Below are positions 19,727 through 29,646 of a stretch of DNA of 64,000 bases, piece after piece. Under the pieces are notes generated by a model that saw only the letters and a list, made by a program, of their open reading frames with translations, did no database searches and had not been told where the DNA came from. How positions within the stretch are numbered: position 1 is the stretch's first letter; the number at the start of each line of letters is the position of its first letter. The translations under genes were made by a program, and so were the position numbers. The stretch is from a virus (taxonomy: Duplodnaviria; Heunggongvirae; Uroviricota; Caudoviricetes): the IMG/VR virus record IMGVR_UViG_3300042009_000026, positions 192,001-256,000 of that record. The stretch is one strand, 5' to 3'.

Positions 19727-20040
19727 TCAGTACAGCTATCGTAGCGGCCATGCTTCAACGTATGGCCATTTGGGCAGGTGAAACAGTCAACCGCTTCTCA
19801 TTGGTAAAGACCAGACTTGAAGCACTGGAACTGTCTTTCCGTAATCTAAGAGAAACGACCGCCGATGAAATCGGCTTAGGTCTAGTTGCAAATTACGCGC
19901 CTTCAACGTTAACACAAGCGAAGGGCGGAGTGAACAACTCGTCGCATATGACACCAAGACGTACCAATGATTTTGCCGAAGAGAAGATCTACGGACCAAT
20001 CGGCGATGCGTTTGCGACAGCAGCTGCTCGCTTGCCATAA
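19723..20040 (+). CDS. Small tail fibre-associated protein (gp132-like)
   Basis: IGLGLVANY...MTP repeat shared with neighbours; ATGA coupling. Confidence 0.7.
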   Translation: MISTAIVAAMLQRMAIWAGETVNRFSLVKTRLEALELSFRNLRETTADEIGLGLVANYAPSTLTQAKGGVNNSSHMTPRRTNDFAEEKIYGPIGDAFATAAARLP

Positions 20041-20106
20041 AACACACAAGACAGGGCATGGGTAACCGTGCCTTCTTTTGTAAGCATTATCCAAACGGAG
20101 TAACCC

Positions 20107-21456
20107 ATGGATAGCCCAATCGTACAGCTACCACTTGATCTAACGGGGACTGACCCTAACAACCATATTGGTAGCGAAGAACACCTACTGGTAGATCTTG
20201 ATGGTTTCCCGTATAAAATCATCACCCTCTTCCACGGTGGTTTTTATACGAAGGGACTCAAGGTCTACGATGCAGACTACAATAAGCTTATGCCTGATGT
20301 AGATTACATCTGTACTTACAAACATCAACAAGTTAGTGACCGCACAGGTCTGGAAGTTTGTAGTGCAATCGTTTTCATTAATCCAGCCATTGATGGCATC
20401 GTTTACACTTCTTCCCAAATGGTCGGTGATGACATCGCCTTCAGTTTTACTGTAGTGCAGGATTACATCACTTTCTACAATACTAAAACACCCGATTATA
20501 TTCCTACGTGGTCTGACTACATCGGTACCGAACCCAATTGGAGTCCAGGTGAACTAGTGCAAGCACGTTGGGGGTTGGATACTTATCAACCGTTCAACAA
20601 CGAATTAGAAACCATCTCACGTCGCCTAGTGATTGGTAATGATAATGCTGAAGAAGATTTACGAGAATCTATTCGCGATCGTCTAGATGTATTCTTGGCT
20701 CGGTTCAACAACCGACTACAGCAACACATCGATGATAAAGCTAACCCGCATGCTAGTGATGCAGAAAAAGTAGGACTAGGCTTACTGGAGAACTTACCAG
20801 TAGCTACAGCACCTCAGGCTTTAGCAATTGCATCGGATGATCATTACATGACTCCTGCTCTGGCATGGCAAGTTAGTGATCAGTATGCATCGATTCCTTT
20901 GAAAGCTCACACTGATCTAAATCCAGCCAACCCACATGATCTTTCTTATCTCCAGTTGAATTCACACAGCAAAGCACAAGCTACTGCAATAATCAACTCG
21001 AAACATCAGAAAGGTACAGTCATTGCAAACGCTCGGACCATTCTCTATCAAGGTGAATGGCACACATATGAAGCGTATGTAGCTAAGCTACGAAAGAATC
21101 TCTCAACATCTTATTTCCCTAACGGTATTTTGCAACCCCAGAAAATGGGAGCTGGACCATTAGAATGGAATGCGGTAATGCGTGGTGATCGTAGATGGTC
21201 ACGGGTAGCGGATATCCTAGCCGAATATGTTACTACACCAGCAGGTTCTTTTAATACCATTAGCGTTAACGCTTATGATCCGAATATTGCAATGAACATT
21301 GTGCGTTCTACTTGGCCATATGAGCCAGTAGGTAGTACAGTATTTGCTCGGATGTTAGTTGCCGTTCAACAAGGCTGGGGTAATGGCTCAACGCATTATG
21401 ATGTTGCTCAAGACTATGCATTTGTCATGACACCTTCTGGTTGGATTATGGCTTAA
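20107..21456 (+). CDS. Tail fibre/baseplate protein, gp131-family paralog (gp133-like)
   Basis: PLDLTG N-terminus and NPH repeats. Confidence 0.75.
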   Translation: MDSPIVQLPLDLTGTDPNNHIGSEEHLLVDLDGFPYKIITLFHGGFYTKGLKVYDADYNKLMPDVDYICTYKHQQVSDRTGLEVCSAIVFINPAIDGIVYTSSQMVGDDIAFSFTVVQDYITFYNTKTPDYIPTWSDYIGTEPNWSPGELVQARWGLDTYQPFNNELETISRRLVIGNDNAEEDLRESIRDRLDVFLARFNNRLQQHIDDKANPHASDAEKVGLGLLENLPVATAPQALAIASDDHYMTPALAWQVSDQYASIPLKAHTDLNPANPHDLSYLQLNSHSKAQATAIINSKHQKGTVIANARTILYQGEWHTYEAYVAKLRKNLSTSYFPNGILQPQKMGAGPLEWNAVMRGDRRWSRVADILAEYVTTPAGSFNTISVNAYDPNIAMNIVRSTWPYEPVGSTVFARMLVAVQQGWGNGSTHYDVAQDYAFVMTPSGWIMA

Positions 21457-21466
21457 GGTAAACAAG

Positions 21467-22837
21467 ATGACTCCACTACTGCACAAGTTTCCACTAGACT
21501 GGACAGGTACCGACCTGCGTAATCGGACACGAAGCGAGATGCATGACATGTCTGCGCTTTATGATCTGGACTACCGCTGTGTAGTCTTGGATCATGGTTA
21601 CTTCTATACTGACGATCTGTACATCATCGATGAAGCAGGCCGTGAACTGAAAGAGACCACAGACTACCAACTCGTTGGCTTTAATACCGACGTGGTAGGT
21701 AAGACAGCTAAGACCGTTGTGTCCGTAATTGTGATTACCAATAAAAAGGTAGCCTCTAAAATTTACGTTGATGCACAGATGGTCGGTGGTGGTTATGAAA
21801 AGGTAGGGCCTGCAATCGATCAGATGGCTATGGGTCTACTCAACAACACCCGCAAAGTCCACTGGAACAACATTAAAGACAAACCTGACCGTTATCCTGC
21901 CGGTGGCCATATGCACCCGCTATGGGAACTGTACGGCTTCACACCTACTGTTACGGTACTGAAGAGGATGTCTGTTGCTTTCGGTAAGAAAGTTCAGCAA
22001 GTATTGGATGCAATCTACAAAGACTTCGATACTCAAATGAAAACCATTGAGGGTGAACTCGATGTTGTGGAAGCTCGTTTGACTGCACACATTGCAGACA
22101 CTGCTAACCCACACAAAGACTCGAAAAATAACATCGGTTTAGCGAATGTATTCAATGCACCTACTGCTACATTAACACAAGCACGTTTAACTAATGGCGA
22201 TCTGATGCAGGTCTATGCAACTCCATGGTCGATTGGACAGGCACTCGATGCTAACTTTACACCGGTCTTGCAAGAACATATCGCTAACAAGAATAACCCA
22301 CATCGAAACACCACTACTCAGTTGAACATGTACACAATTCCTCAAATGCAGGATAAAGCTAATCTTTATACTGACCAAGGGGCGACGATGGACAAGTCTG
22401 CAGCTGTCTATGGTCAGACTGCTGATTCGTTGCGTCCACTGATGCAACTGAACAACCACACGAATAATTTGACAGTTGGCATGTACCCATTCCAGATTTG
22501 GGCTCGTCCATATATCGGCGGGTTATCTCCAAATGCACAGGTATTAAAACCTGATGGCTATTGGCAAAACATTGCCGATGTGATTACACGTGGGGTTACA
22601 CCAAGTACGCGTATCACTGTGATGCAAGGTGAATTCAACGATTATGCTCATGCGGTCAATACCGCAAACGCAATCATGACGGGTTGGCCTGTCGGTTCAT
22701 TGCTCTATTGCCACTGGAACTATGCTAAAGCATCTGGTAACGGTAACGGTGCAACTCAATGGGCAAGAACACGAAACACCAGTATTCTCGTCTACACTGG
22801 TGGTGGCGGTTGGATTACTAGTGCAGGAGGTGCATAA
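21467..22837 (+). CDS. Tail fibre/baseplate protein, gp131-family paralog (gp134-like)
   Basis: PLDWTG N-terminus, W..I..KP..YP...H.H motif, NPH repeats. Confidence 0.75.
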   Translation: MTPLLHKFPLDWTGTDLRNRTRSEMHDMSALYDLDYRCVVLDHGYFYTDDLYIIDEAGRELKETTDYQLVGFNTDVVGKTAKTVVSVIVITNKKVASKIYVDAQMVGGGYEKVGPAIDQMAMGLLNNTRKVHWNNIKDKPDRYPAGGHMHPLWELYGFTPTVTVLKRMSVAFGKKVQQVLDAIYKDFDTQMKTIEGELDVVEARLTAHIADTANPHKDSKNNIGLANVFNAPTATLTQARLTNGDLMQVYATPWSIGQALDANFTPVLQEHIANKNNPHRNTTTQLNMYTIPQMQDKANLYTDQGATMDKSAAVYGQTADSLRPLMQLNNHTNNLTVGMYPFQIWARPYIGGLSPNAQVLKPDGYWQNIADVITRGVTPSTRITVMQGEFNDYAHAVNTANAIMTGWPVGSLLYCHWNYAKASGNGNGATQWARTRNTSILVYTGGGGWITSAGGA

Positions 22838-24165
22838 TGGCTAGACTTACATTCCTTCCCTTAGATCTTACGGGGCAGGCACTTGTCAACAGACGTACAG
22901 GTGAACAACACCCACTGATTAAAGTTGGTGATAAAGTTAACCGCGTCTGTGTTTTGGATCATGGTGCTTTCTATACCAGCGGCCTAGTGGTTCGTGATAA
23001 TACCGGTCGACTACTTTCCCCTGTCACAGATTTTAAGACAACCTATCATTACGACAAGTTATCTAAGTTGACGGCTAAAGAAGTAATGGGTTTGATCGTG
23101 GTTACTAACCCGACGGTGGTATCACCATTAACCGTACAATACCAAGCTGTAGGTGGTAATTTCAGTATCTCTGTTACAGAACTTAAAGCGTTGTTAGAAT
23201 CCATTAAAGAAGATAACTTCACGCTTAAGTGGGAAGACATCATCGGTAAACCGACTGCATATGTTCCTGAAGACCATGACCATGAATACTGGCAATTGTG
23301 GGGTCTGGAAACTACCGTCGTTGAAATCGATCGGATTGCCGCTTCCTGGAAAGCTGGTACAATGGCTATCTCTAAAGAGAGCAAAGACTACGGCTCAATC
23401 TACGTTCAGAAAGGACGAGATGCTATCAATGCCTACGCGGTGAAAGTATCTGCTCACTTGGCTGATGTTAACAATCCACATGCGACAGATAAGAATAAGG
23501 TTGGCTTGGGCTGGATTAACAACTGGACAATGGCAACAGGCGTACAGGTAGTTAACCGAAACGATTCGACCCATTACATGCCTATCGGTGGGATGTATCG
23601 AATTCTGAATACAGGTCCTTTGCCTGATCTCAATGCACACGTCACCAACTTCTCCAATCCACACGGCACAACGGCAGCAATGGCCGGCAGCTGGACAACC
23701 ACAGAGATCAACCAATCCTTCACTGCGAAATACCTGTGGACGGATATAGCTACTAACTCGACACTGTATGGTGGTCGTACATCTGCTACACTGCGTTATG
23801 ACGTAACCGTTAACTTGGACCCACGTGATATTGTTGTTGGTGGCTTCCCCCATACTCAAATGGGGAGTAACGGTGGTGGTATTGGCTTAGATACTTGGAA
23901 CTGGGCATTGTGTGGTGATGGCAACTGGAGACGCTGGGTAGATCTACTGGCTGGGTTCAATAGTTCCCGTCGTCGATATGTATCACTAGGTAACTATAGC
24001 GACGCAGCAACTTTGCTAAACGTGGCCAACACTGCTTTTGGTGGCTGGCCAGATAACACGGTGGCAATCGGAACAATCGTCAACCATCCTACACCAGATG
24101 TGATATATACCACTCTCAAAGCTTTCGTCAAGTCCGGTGGGGCTTGGGTTAGTATCTACGGTTAA
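22837..24165 (+). CDS. Tail fibre/baseplate protein, gp131-family paralog (gp135-like)
   Basis: PLDLTG N-terminus, WEDIIGKP motif, NPH repeats. Confidence 0.75.
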   Translation: MARLTFLPLDLTGQALVNRRTGEQHPLIKVGDKVNRVCVLDHGAFYTSGLVVRDNTGRLLSPVTDFKTTYHYDKLSKLTAKEVMGLIVVTNPTVVSPLTVQYQAVGGNFSISVTELKALLESIKEDNFTLKWEDIIGKPTAYVPEDHDHEYWQLWGLETTVVEIDRIAASWKAGTMAISKESKDYGSIYVQKGRDAINAYAVKVSAHLADVNNPHATDKNKVGLGWINNWTMATGVQVVNRNDSTHYMPIGGMYRILNTGPLPDLNAHVTNFSNPHGTTAAMAGSWTTTEINQSFTAKYLWTDIATNSTLYGGRTSATLRYDVTVNLDPRDIVVGGFPHTQMGSNGGGIGLDTWNWALCGDGNWRRWVDLLAGFNSSRRRYVSLGNYSDAATLLNVANTAFGGWPDNTVAIGTIVNHPTPDVIYTTLKAFVKSGGAWVSIYG

Positions 24166-24179
24166 AAAGAGAAAACAAC

Positions 24180-24749
24180 ATGTATAATGAAACAGTGCTT
24201 TCAGATATGACGAGCGGTGAACGTGTTCGTGCATTGCTGATGTTTAACAAAGTCAACGGGGAATTCATTGCAGCACTTAGCTGGAATGATCCTACTACAC
24301 TAGGGGGTCAAGATTATATTCAGTATGTCGAAGCACAATACGACATGACGAATGATGTAGTTAAGGGTAAATACCCAGACTACAAAATCATGAATAAGAA
24401 CGAAGGTCCACAGCCGTACTACGAAGCTCAAGCAGATGCAGTAATGTCGGCTAAGATCACTAAGCTTTATCCAGTGGTTGAACAGGTCAACGTTCTTGCT
24501 CGTGCACTAGGTATCCTGGCTGAGAAGTTAGGCGTTACTGAAGAACTCAGTGAACTTACCGAGATGGTGGAATACATCAAACTCTGTAAAGAAGTGAATG
24601 CATCTACTAAGGAATTCTATAGTGAGTCTCCCGATTTCATTTACATCAGCAATGAAGAACTTGCAATCCAAGAAAATGCTCGATACGAAGGTGGTCTTCA
24701 CGAAGCCTTTGGGGCAAGAACGATCACAGGTGGACGTGTTTTCGGCTGA
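24180..24749 (+). CDS. Hypothetical protein (possible tail fibre assembly chaperone)
   Basis: ORF track; directly follows the fibre paralogs. Confidence 0.6.
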   Translation: MYNETVLSDMTSGERVRALLMFNKVNGEFIAALSWNDPTTLGGQDYIQYVEAQYDMTNDVVKGKYPDYKIMNKNEGPQPYYEAQADAVMSAKITKLYPVVEQVNVLARALGILAEKLGVTEELSELTEMVEYIKLCKEVNASTKEFYSESPDFIYISNEELAIQENARYEGGLHEAFGARTITGGRVFG

Positions 24750-25182
24750 TACGGCTGAAGCCATTGTGGGGGCTCTAGAAGCCCTTCCATCTGGTTACTG
24801 GTACCAACGCTCAAAGATCAACTCCATCCCCACTAAAGGGGTGACTGAGTGCGACTACGGGTTCTTAGGGCACAACCAGATGCCTAGAGAACTCCGTGAA
24901 GCATTATGGGACCTAGCTCCATCTATTCCCAAGTCAATGTTAGAAGAAGTTTGTGTTAACCGTTATGAAATTGGTGCTGGGATGCCTGAGCATATTGACT
25001 TAGCCCAATATCAATACAACATGGTTATTGCACTATCTAACAATGGCGATGGATGTACTGTGATGGATGAGTTCTTCATCGACGTACCGGGTAAAGGAAT
25101 GGTGTTCCCTCGCAAGTCCGAACCACATGCCGTACCTCCGGTTAAACATAAACGTTATGTAATAATTTTCCTGTATGCATAA
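24730..25182 (+). CDS. 2OG-Fe(II) oxygenase superfamily protein
   Basis: NRY..G.GM.EHID...H.V.PV...RY: HxD...H metal triad plus 2OG-binding Arg. Start codon approximate (GTG). Confidence 0.75.
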   Translation: MDVFSADTAEAIVGALEALPSGYWYQRSKINSIPTKGVTECDYGFLGHNQMPRELREALWDLAPSIPKSMLEEVCVNRYEIGAGMPEHIDLAQYQYNMVIALSNNGDGCTVMDEFFIDVPGKGMVFPRKSEPHAVPPVKHKRYVIIFLYA

Positions 25183-25185
25183 GGA

Positions 25186-25683
25186 GTGGACATGTACACA
25201 CGTCTGCACACGCTTTCAGAAACAGCAGTAACCGAACTACGTGAGCTTAAAGACGAAGTGTCTTTCTCCGATTCGTACGGTTCTCGTCGGAGACAAGGCA
25301 AGAACGATGCCAACGCTCTAAGTATCTACAACTACTCTAAGTGGTTTAACTGGACTCACAAACAACGTGAAGTTATCCGTAAATCATTACCCGAGCAACA
25401 AACCAAGAAAGCTAAACAAGTTTGGTTCTTGGAGTTCCCTGCTCGAACTGGTTTCCTAGATGTAATGACATATTGGATCGACCACGCTAAGATGTGTGGT
25501 AAAATCTGTGCTTATTCATTGACAGATAACCAGACGATCTATATCGATGGCCATTCGGTTACTCTTGCTAAAGGAGAAGGTATTTACTTCTGCCTGTCGA
25601 GTATCCATCAGATCAAGCCTTCCAAAGAAGGTCAACTGTGGGCATGTGTTATGACACAACAGCCTGTGGAAGCCCTAATGTAG
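25186..25683 (+). CDS. Double-stranded beta-helix/cupin-like protein
   Basis: IYIDGHSVTLAKGEGIYF...IHQI pattern; no clear HxD. Confidence 0.55.
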   Translation: MDMYTRLHTLSETAVTELRELKDEVSFSDSYGSRRRQGKNDANALSIYNYSKWFNWTHKQREVIRKSLPEQQTKKAKQVWFLEFPARTGFLDVMTYWIDHAKMCGKICAYSLTDNQTIYIDGHSVTLAKGEGIYFCLSSIHQIKPSKEGQLWACVMTQQPVEALM

Positions 25684-25735
25684 AAATACTTTTTCTACTT
25701 AATAATACAATGCCTCAACAAACAAGGACATCGAA

Positions 25736-26632
25736 ATGTCGATCTTGGACCAACAAGTTGTTAACGTAACACGTACCGCTATTGGTGCACTGTTACAAAC
25801 TGTTAAATATTTGGGGATGCCTACAAAGCTTGCCCTGATGCTAAACACTACACTGAACCAGAAGTTCAACGTACAGAATGGTGTGTTGCCTTCTGACGCA
25901 CAGTCTCTTAACTTCCGTTATCTCGTTATCGGGAACATGGGTCACTACACCGTCAAAGCTGATGATGGTTCGGATGAAACTGATGTTCGTCCACACCGTA
26001 CTAACCATAACGGATTGTATAATCATATTCCATTTGTACTCCGTGAAGTAACTGATGACCTGACTTCATTGGAACGTGAGAAGTATTGCCTCCGTACCCA
26101 AGAAACACATAAAGGCAAACCTTACTTTGCTTACTATGGTCGCCGTATCAATATCTCTTCAGTCGTTCCTCAGCTATTAGAAGTAGAGATCATCAACGGT
26201 GTTGAAGTTACACGTCCATACGTACCTACACTGGAAGACTTGAATCCTACGCCACCGGTTATCCCGAATACTGGTATTGTTGTTGGTTCGAACAAATTCA
26301 TTTCGGCTTCTGCTATTGTGGAAGTTAAGTTCACTAAAGAAGACATCGCTGAGATCGTTAATGCTCACCGTGTCCGTACTGGTTCGACTCGTTCCCCAGT
26401 TATCTCTGAAATCGGTTTGGTAACAGGTGTAGACAAACTCGTACCTGGCCCTGCTGGTAGTGGCGGTAGCTTTGACTACAACGAAGTTATCGGCGCACAG
26501 ATTTCTGTACACGTTGCAACTAACCACCCTATCGCATACAACTCTAATGGTCTGACCATGGTTTACGATATCGGTGCTTCTGAACCAATGCTGGGTGATC
26601 AAGCCCTCAACGTTGCTGAGTTCGCGAGCTAA
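25736..26632 (+). CDS. Virion structural protein (phiKZ gp139-like)
   Basis: [14 protein letters not shown]...ER.KY and [11 protein letters not shown] motifs; synteny. Confidence 0.75.
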   Translation: MSILDQQVVNVTRTAIGALLQTVKYLGMPTKLALMLNTTLNQKFNVQNGVLPSDAQSLNFRYLVIGNMGHYTVKADDGSDETDVRPHRTNHNGLYNHIPFVLREVTDDLTSLEREKYCLRTQETHKGKPYFAYYGRRINISSVVPQLLEVEIINGVEVTRPYVPTLEDLNPTPPVIPNTGIVVGSNKFISASAIVEVKFTKEDIAEIVNAHRVRTGSTRSPVISEIGLVTGVDKLVPGPAGSGGSFDYNEVIGAQISVHVATNHPIAYNSNGLTMVYDIGASEPMLGDQALNVAEFAS

Positions 26633-26634
26633 CT

Positions 26635-27282
26635 ATGCTTAAGATGCCGGAGAACTCAGAACCGTTTAAGATTCTGTCTTTAGACCCTGGCTCTTCGCAT
26701 CTAGGGGTAGCAATACTACTCGACATGTTGGATGGTTCAGACGTAACAATTGATGATTCCTTCACAGTTCATCTTAAAGACACCTGCCCAGAATATTCTG
26801 AATTGGGTGACTTGCATGGTAACCGCGTGATTCGTCTGATGCAACTCGGAGATGCTGTTTTAAATCTCGTGAGAACGCACAGGCCACATGCGGTGATTGT
26901 GGAGGCTAACTACTTAGGTCGTTTCGCTACTGCCTTCGCAGCGCTCGTAGAGTGCGTTGCAATGGTGCGTAGTGCTGTGTACATGTACGACCCATTCATG
27001 CCTCTTTATCAGGTTGACCCTTCCACTGCGAAGATCAATGCTGGTATGGAACGTATTAAAGGAACAGACAAGGAAGATGTACGTCGTGCAATGAGAAAGC
27101 GTAAAGGCGTCGCTTGGAACGTAAATCTAGAAGAACTAGACGAACACAGCGTCGATGCATGCGCCATTGGCGTGTACTGCGCAGAACACATTACACCTAG
27201 GGTAATGCCCGCCGAGCCAGTGAAGAAATTCACCAAGGCTAAGAAGGAACGCAAGAAGCGGAGACGAGGTAAAAGACGATGA
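26635..27282 (+). CDS. ruvC: RuvC-like Holliday junction resolvase
   Basis: ILSLDPG..HLG, IVE, KEDV and EHSVDA catalytic motifs; basic C-terminal tail. Confidence 0.85.
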   Translation: MLKMPENSEPFKILSLDPGSSHLGVAILLDMLDGSDVTIDDSFTVHLKDTCPEYSELGDLHGNRVIRLMQLGDAVLNLVRTHRPHAVIVEANYLGRFATAFAALVECVAMVRSAVYMYDPFMPLYQVDPSTAKINAGMERIKGTDKEDVRRAMRKRKGVAWNVNLEELDEHSVDACAIGVYCAEHITPRVMPAEPVKKFTKAKKERKKRRRGKRR

Positions 27283-27785
27283 ATTTTTTCAAAGGTCTAC
27301 AGTGGTTCGAATGGCTCCTGATTGGTATCGTAGTTACGATGCTCGGAGCTTCATGGTTAATCTGGAACAAATACGATGAGCGCACACTAGAAGTCGGCGG
27401 TATGAAAGTCGAAAATAGTGTACTCACGGAGACGGTGAAATATAAAGATCAGTCCGCTACCATCTCGGATCAGGTTGTCGCTGAATTTGTTCAGGATAAA
27501 GAAGATGCGAAGGCAGAGTTGGAACAGTCACGTGAAGGAGTGATTGATGACTACATTAACATGGCAACAGCCACAACCGTTGCACCCGCGACAGTTGTGG
27601 ACGTCCCTAAAACAAAGGTTACAACGAGGCCAAAGGCAACTCAAACTCGGCCCGCCACCAAAGCATCTGATGATACTGGTGATCTTGCTCGTATTAGTCT
27701 CATGGCTAACAGGATGCGCGAGCACTACTGCACAGCTGCCCCAGAACGTGGTGTCGGCTGTAATGCCGGCGGTACTAACCAATGA
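27279..27785 (+). CDS. Inner-membrane spanin (Rz-like)
   Basis: Single N-terminal TM helix, then a helical segment; overlaps a lipoprotein ORF. Confidence 0.7.
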   Translation: MNFFKGLQWFEWLLIGIVVTMLGASWLIWNKYDERTLEVGGMKVENSVLTETVKYKDQSATISDQVVAEFVQDKEDAKAELEQSREGVIDDYINMATATTVAPATVVDVPKTKVTTRPKATQTRPATKASDDTGDLARISLMANRMREHYCTAAPERGVGCNAGGTNQ

Positions 27786-28020
27786 GTGTTACGTTTCTCC
27801 GCCTCCTACTGATGAAGACATCCTTAACGCTCCACAGCGTTATCGTGTAGCCGGTAAGATGTCGGATTGGGAAGCTCGTTTCCTGTTGATGTCTGATCAC
27901 TGGCTCCTACAAACTGACGCACTTGGCGTGTGTAATAAACAAGTGCGCAAATCACGTGAGTGGGTAAACAAACATCGTGGTTTGGAGAAGCCTAATGAAA
28001 ATCTCGGAAATCCTGAATGA
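27670..28020 (+). CDS. Outer-membrane lipoprotein spanin (Rz1-like)
   Basis: Overlaps the i-spanin in the +1 frame. MILVILLVLVSWLTG|C lipobox and Pro-rich mature part. Start may lie further upstream. Confidence 0.7.
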   Translation: MILVILLVLVSWLTGCASTTAQLPQNVVSAVMPAVLTNECYVSPPPTDEDILNAPQRYRVAGKMSDWEARFLLMSDHWLLQTDALGVCNKQVRKSREWVNKHRGLEKPNENLGNPE

Positions 28021-28396
28021 GATCGACCAGAGTCCGATTTCCTCTCACTCAACTGCAGCATTAATGATTGGTTATCTGAACAGTGAATTAGCACTGGTCG
28101 GAGAGACCGCATTGACTTCGAGCTCTACGGGCGCAGAAGCCATCGCTGCAATTTACAAAACCCCACGTGAAAAGCAAGATGTTATTTTCCAAAAGGACTT
28201 TACGTCTATTCGGAAGAAAGACAGTTACAAGTTCATGGTTCTATCCATGGCTGTTCTTGCTGTAGTGGCGGGGGCTGGTTTCGCTGGAAGCGTAGCTAAG
28301 TTGGAAGGAGAGGCAGCGGCAGGTGTGACGGACGTATTCAAAGTTCTGATCACCGGGTTGTTTGAAATTGCTAAAATGCTTATTTCAGGTCAATAA
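27995..28396 (+). CDS. Membrane protein, holin candidate
   Basis: ATG after GGAG; C-terminal hydrophobic helices; located in the lysis cassette. Confidence 0.5.
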   Translation: MKISEILNEIDQSPISSHSTAALMIGYLNSELALVGETALTSSSTGAEAIAAIYKTPREKQDVIFQKDFTSIRKKDSYKFMVLSMAVLAVVAGAGFAGSVAKLEGEAAAGVTDVFKVLITGLFEIAKMLISGQ

Positions 28397-28400
28397 AAAT

Positions 28401-28437
28401 ATACTGTCCGTCCCTTAAGGGGACGGACTTTATTATG
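28401..28437 (+). terminator. Hairpin terminator
   Basis: GTCCGTCCC-ttaag-GGGACGGAC followed by TTTATTATG. Confidence 0.7.
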
Positions 28438-28483
28438 CTATGTGGATTAATCAACTTTGTAACCACAGGACTGAGGTTTAAAC

Positions 28484-29023
28484 ATGATCACTACAGATCG
28501 TTTCCCGTATGACATGCCTTCCCGCGACGCGCTCGTGGAACAGGTGAATCGTGACTTGCAACGGAACTACAAACCGAACCAAGTTAGTTTTGAAGATATG
28601 TTCTTTGCTCCTCTGCCTGCTATCCCTGGCCGTACGTTTATTGAGATGACTAGTCGCCTTACTGGCCTAAAGGAATTCTTTGTATATCGCCGGTTAGATT
28701 TGGCTAATCCTAAGGCACTGGGCACAAGTACTCGCATTAAAGTGTTGGGACAACCGTCTCCAGCCAGTATCGCAAACGAAATTAATCGCAGCCGTCTGAT
28801 GTCATTCGGCCCTGATGATATTTCATTCTCCACGGTAGTTATCCAACCTCCTGAGAACACATTCGTCTATCGCTTGAAAGCGATGACAGGCAGTTACGCT
28901 TACTTCGGCGAAACAGACATTATCGTTGAAATTATGGAAGCTAACCCGTACGCTCGTTATCTTGAAGACGGCGATGCCCGGTTGATGGAAACCGGCGAAA
29001 TTCGTGAACTCGAACACGCCTGA
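28484..29023 (+). CDS. Virion structural protein (gp143 position) with C-terminal LEDG-repeat tag
   Basis: FVYRRLDL family motif; ends NPYARYLEDGDARLMETGEIRELEHA. Confidence 0.7.
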   Translation: MITTDRFPYDMPSRDALVEQVNRDLQRNYKPNQVSFEDMFFAPLPAIPGRTFIEMTSRLTGLKEFFVYRRLDLANPKALGTSTRIKVLGQPSPASIANEINRSRLMSFGPDDISFSTVVIQPPENTFVYRLKAMTGSYAYFGETDIIVEIMEANPYARYLEDGDARLMETGEIRELEHA

Positions 29024-29033
29024 GGTATATGAC

Positions 29034-29618
29034 ATGGCTATTCAAAACGCTATACTCGATTCTATTCCTTTACCTAAAGCGAATAAGTCTCGTGCAGCAG
29101 CTATTCCAACCCTAGAAGCTATCGGCAAGATTACTGGCATGTCCCCGACATTGTTGGCTACCTTCGCATCGATTGAATCGGGATTTGATTACACTGTCAA
29201 AGCATCGACATCAAGTGCAACTGGTTGGTTCCAACATCTAAATAAAACTTGGGATGATATCCTGGCGTTAACTAATGCCAAGTACAGTCTTAAGGATGAT
29301 GCTCAGCGTAGTCTCCGTTTAGATCCTCGAGCCAATGGCTTGATGGGCGCTGAACTGTTGAAGGACAATGCTCGCATTCTTCGGAGTGGCCTGGGACGTG
29401 AACCTAATGATACTGAACTATACGCCGCACATTTCTTCGGTGTTGGTGCAGCTAAGAAGTTCTTACTAGCGGATCGTAAAGCACTGGGTAAGGACTTATT
29501 CCCTAAACAAGCTGAAGCAAACGTTGGTATCTTCTACGCTCGTGATAAGAAGACAGCCCTGTCAATCGCACAGATTATCGATTTACTCGATTCTAAGGTT
29601 GCGAAACACCGTGGCTAA
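29034..29618 (+). CDS. Endolysin, SLT-type lytic transglycosylase (phiKZ gp144 catalytic domain homolog)
   Basis: ANKSRAAA, FASIES, SSATGWFQ, LMGAEL and LYAAHFFG match gp144 as recalled; ATG after GAGG. Confidence 0.9.
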   Translation: MAIQNAILDSIPLPKANKSRAAAIPTLEAIGKITGMSPTLLATFASIESGFDYTVKASTSSATGWFQHLNKTWDDILALTNAKYSLKDDAQRSLRLDPRANGLMGAELLKDNARILRSGLGREPNDTELYAAHFFGVGAAKKFLLADRKALGKDLFPKQAEANVGIFYARDKKTALSIAQIIDLLDSKVAKHRG

Positions 29619-29646
29619 TAACGCCAGATAAAGAAAGGACAAAGCC

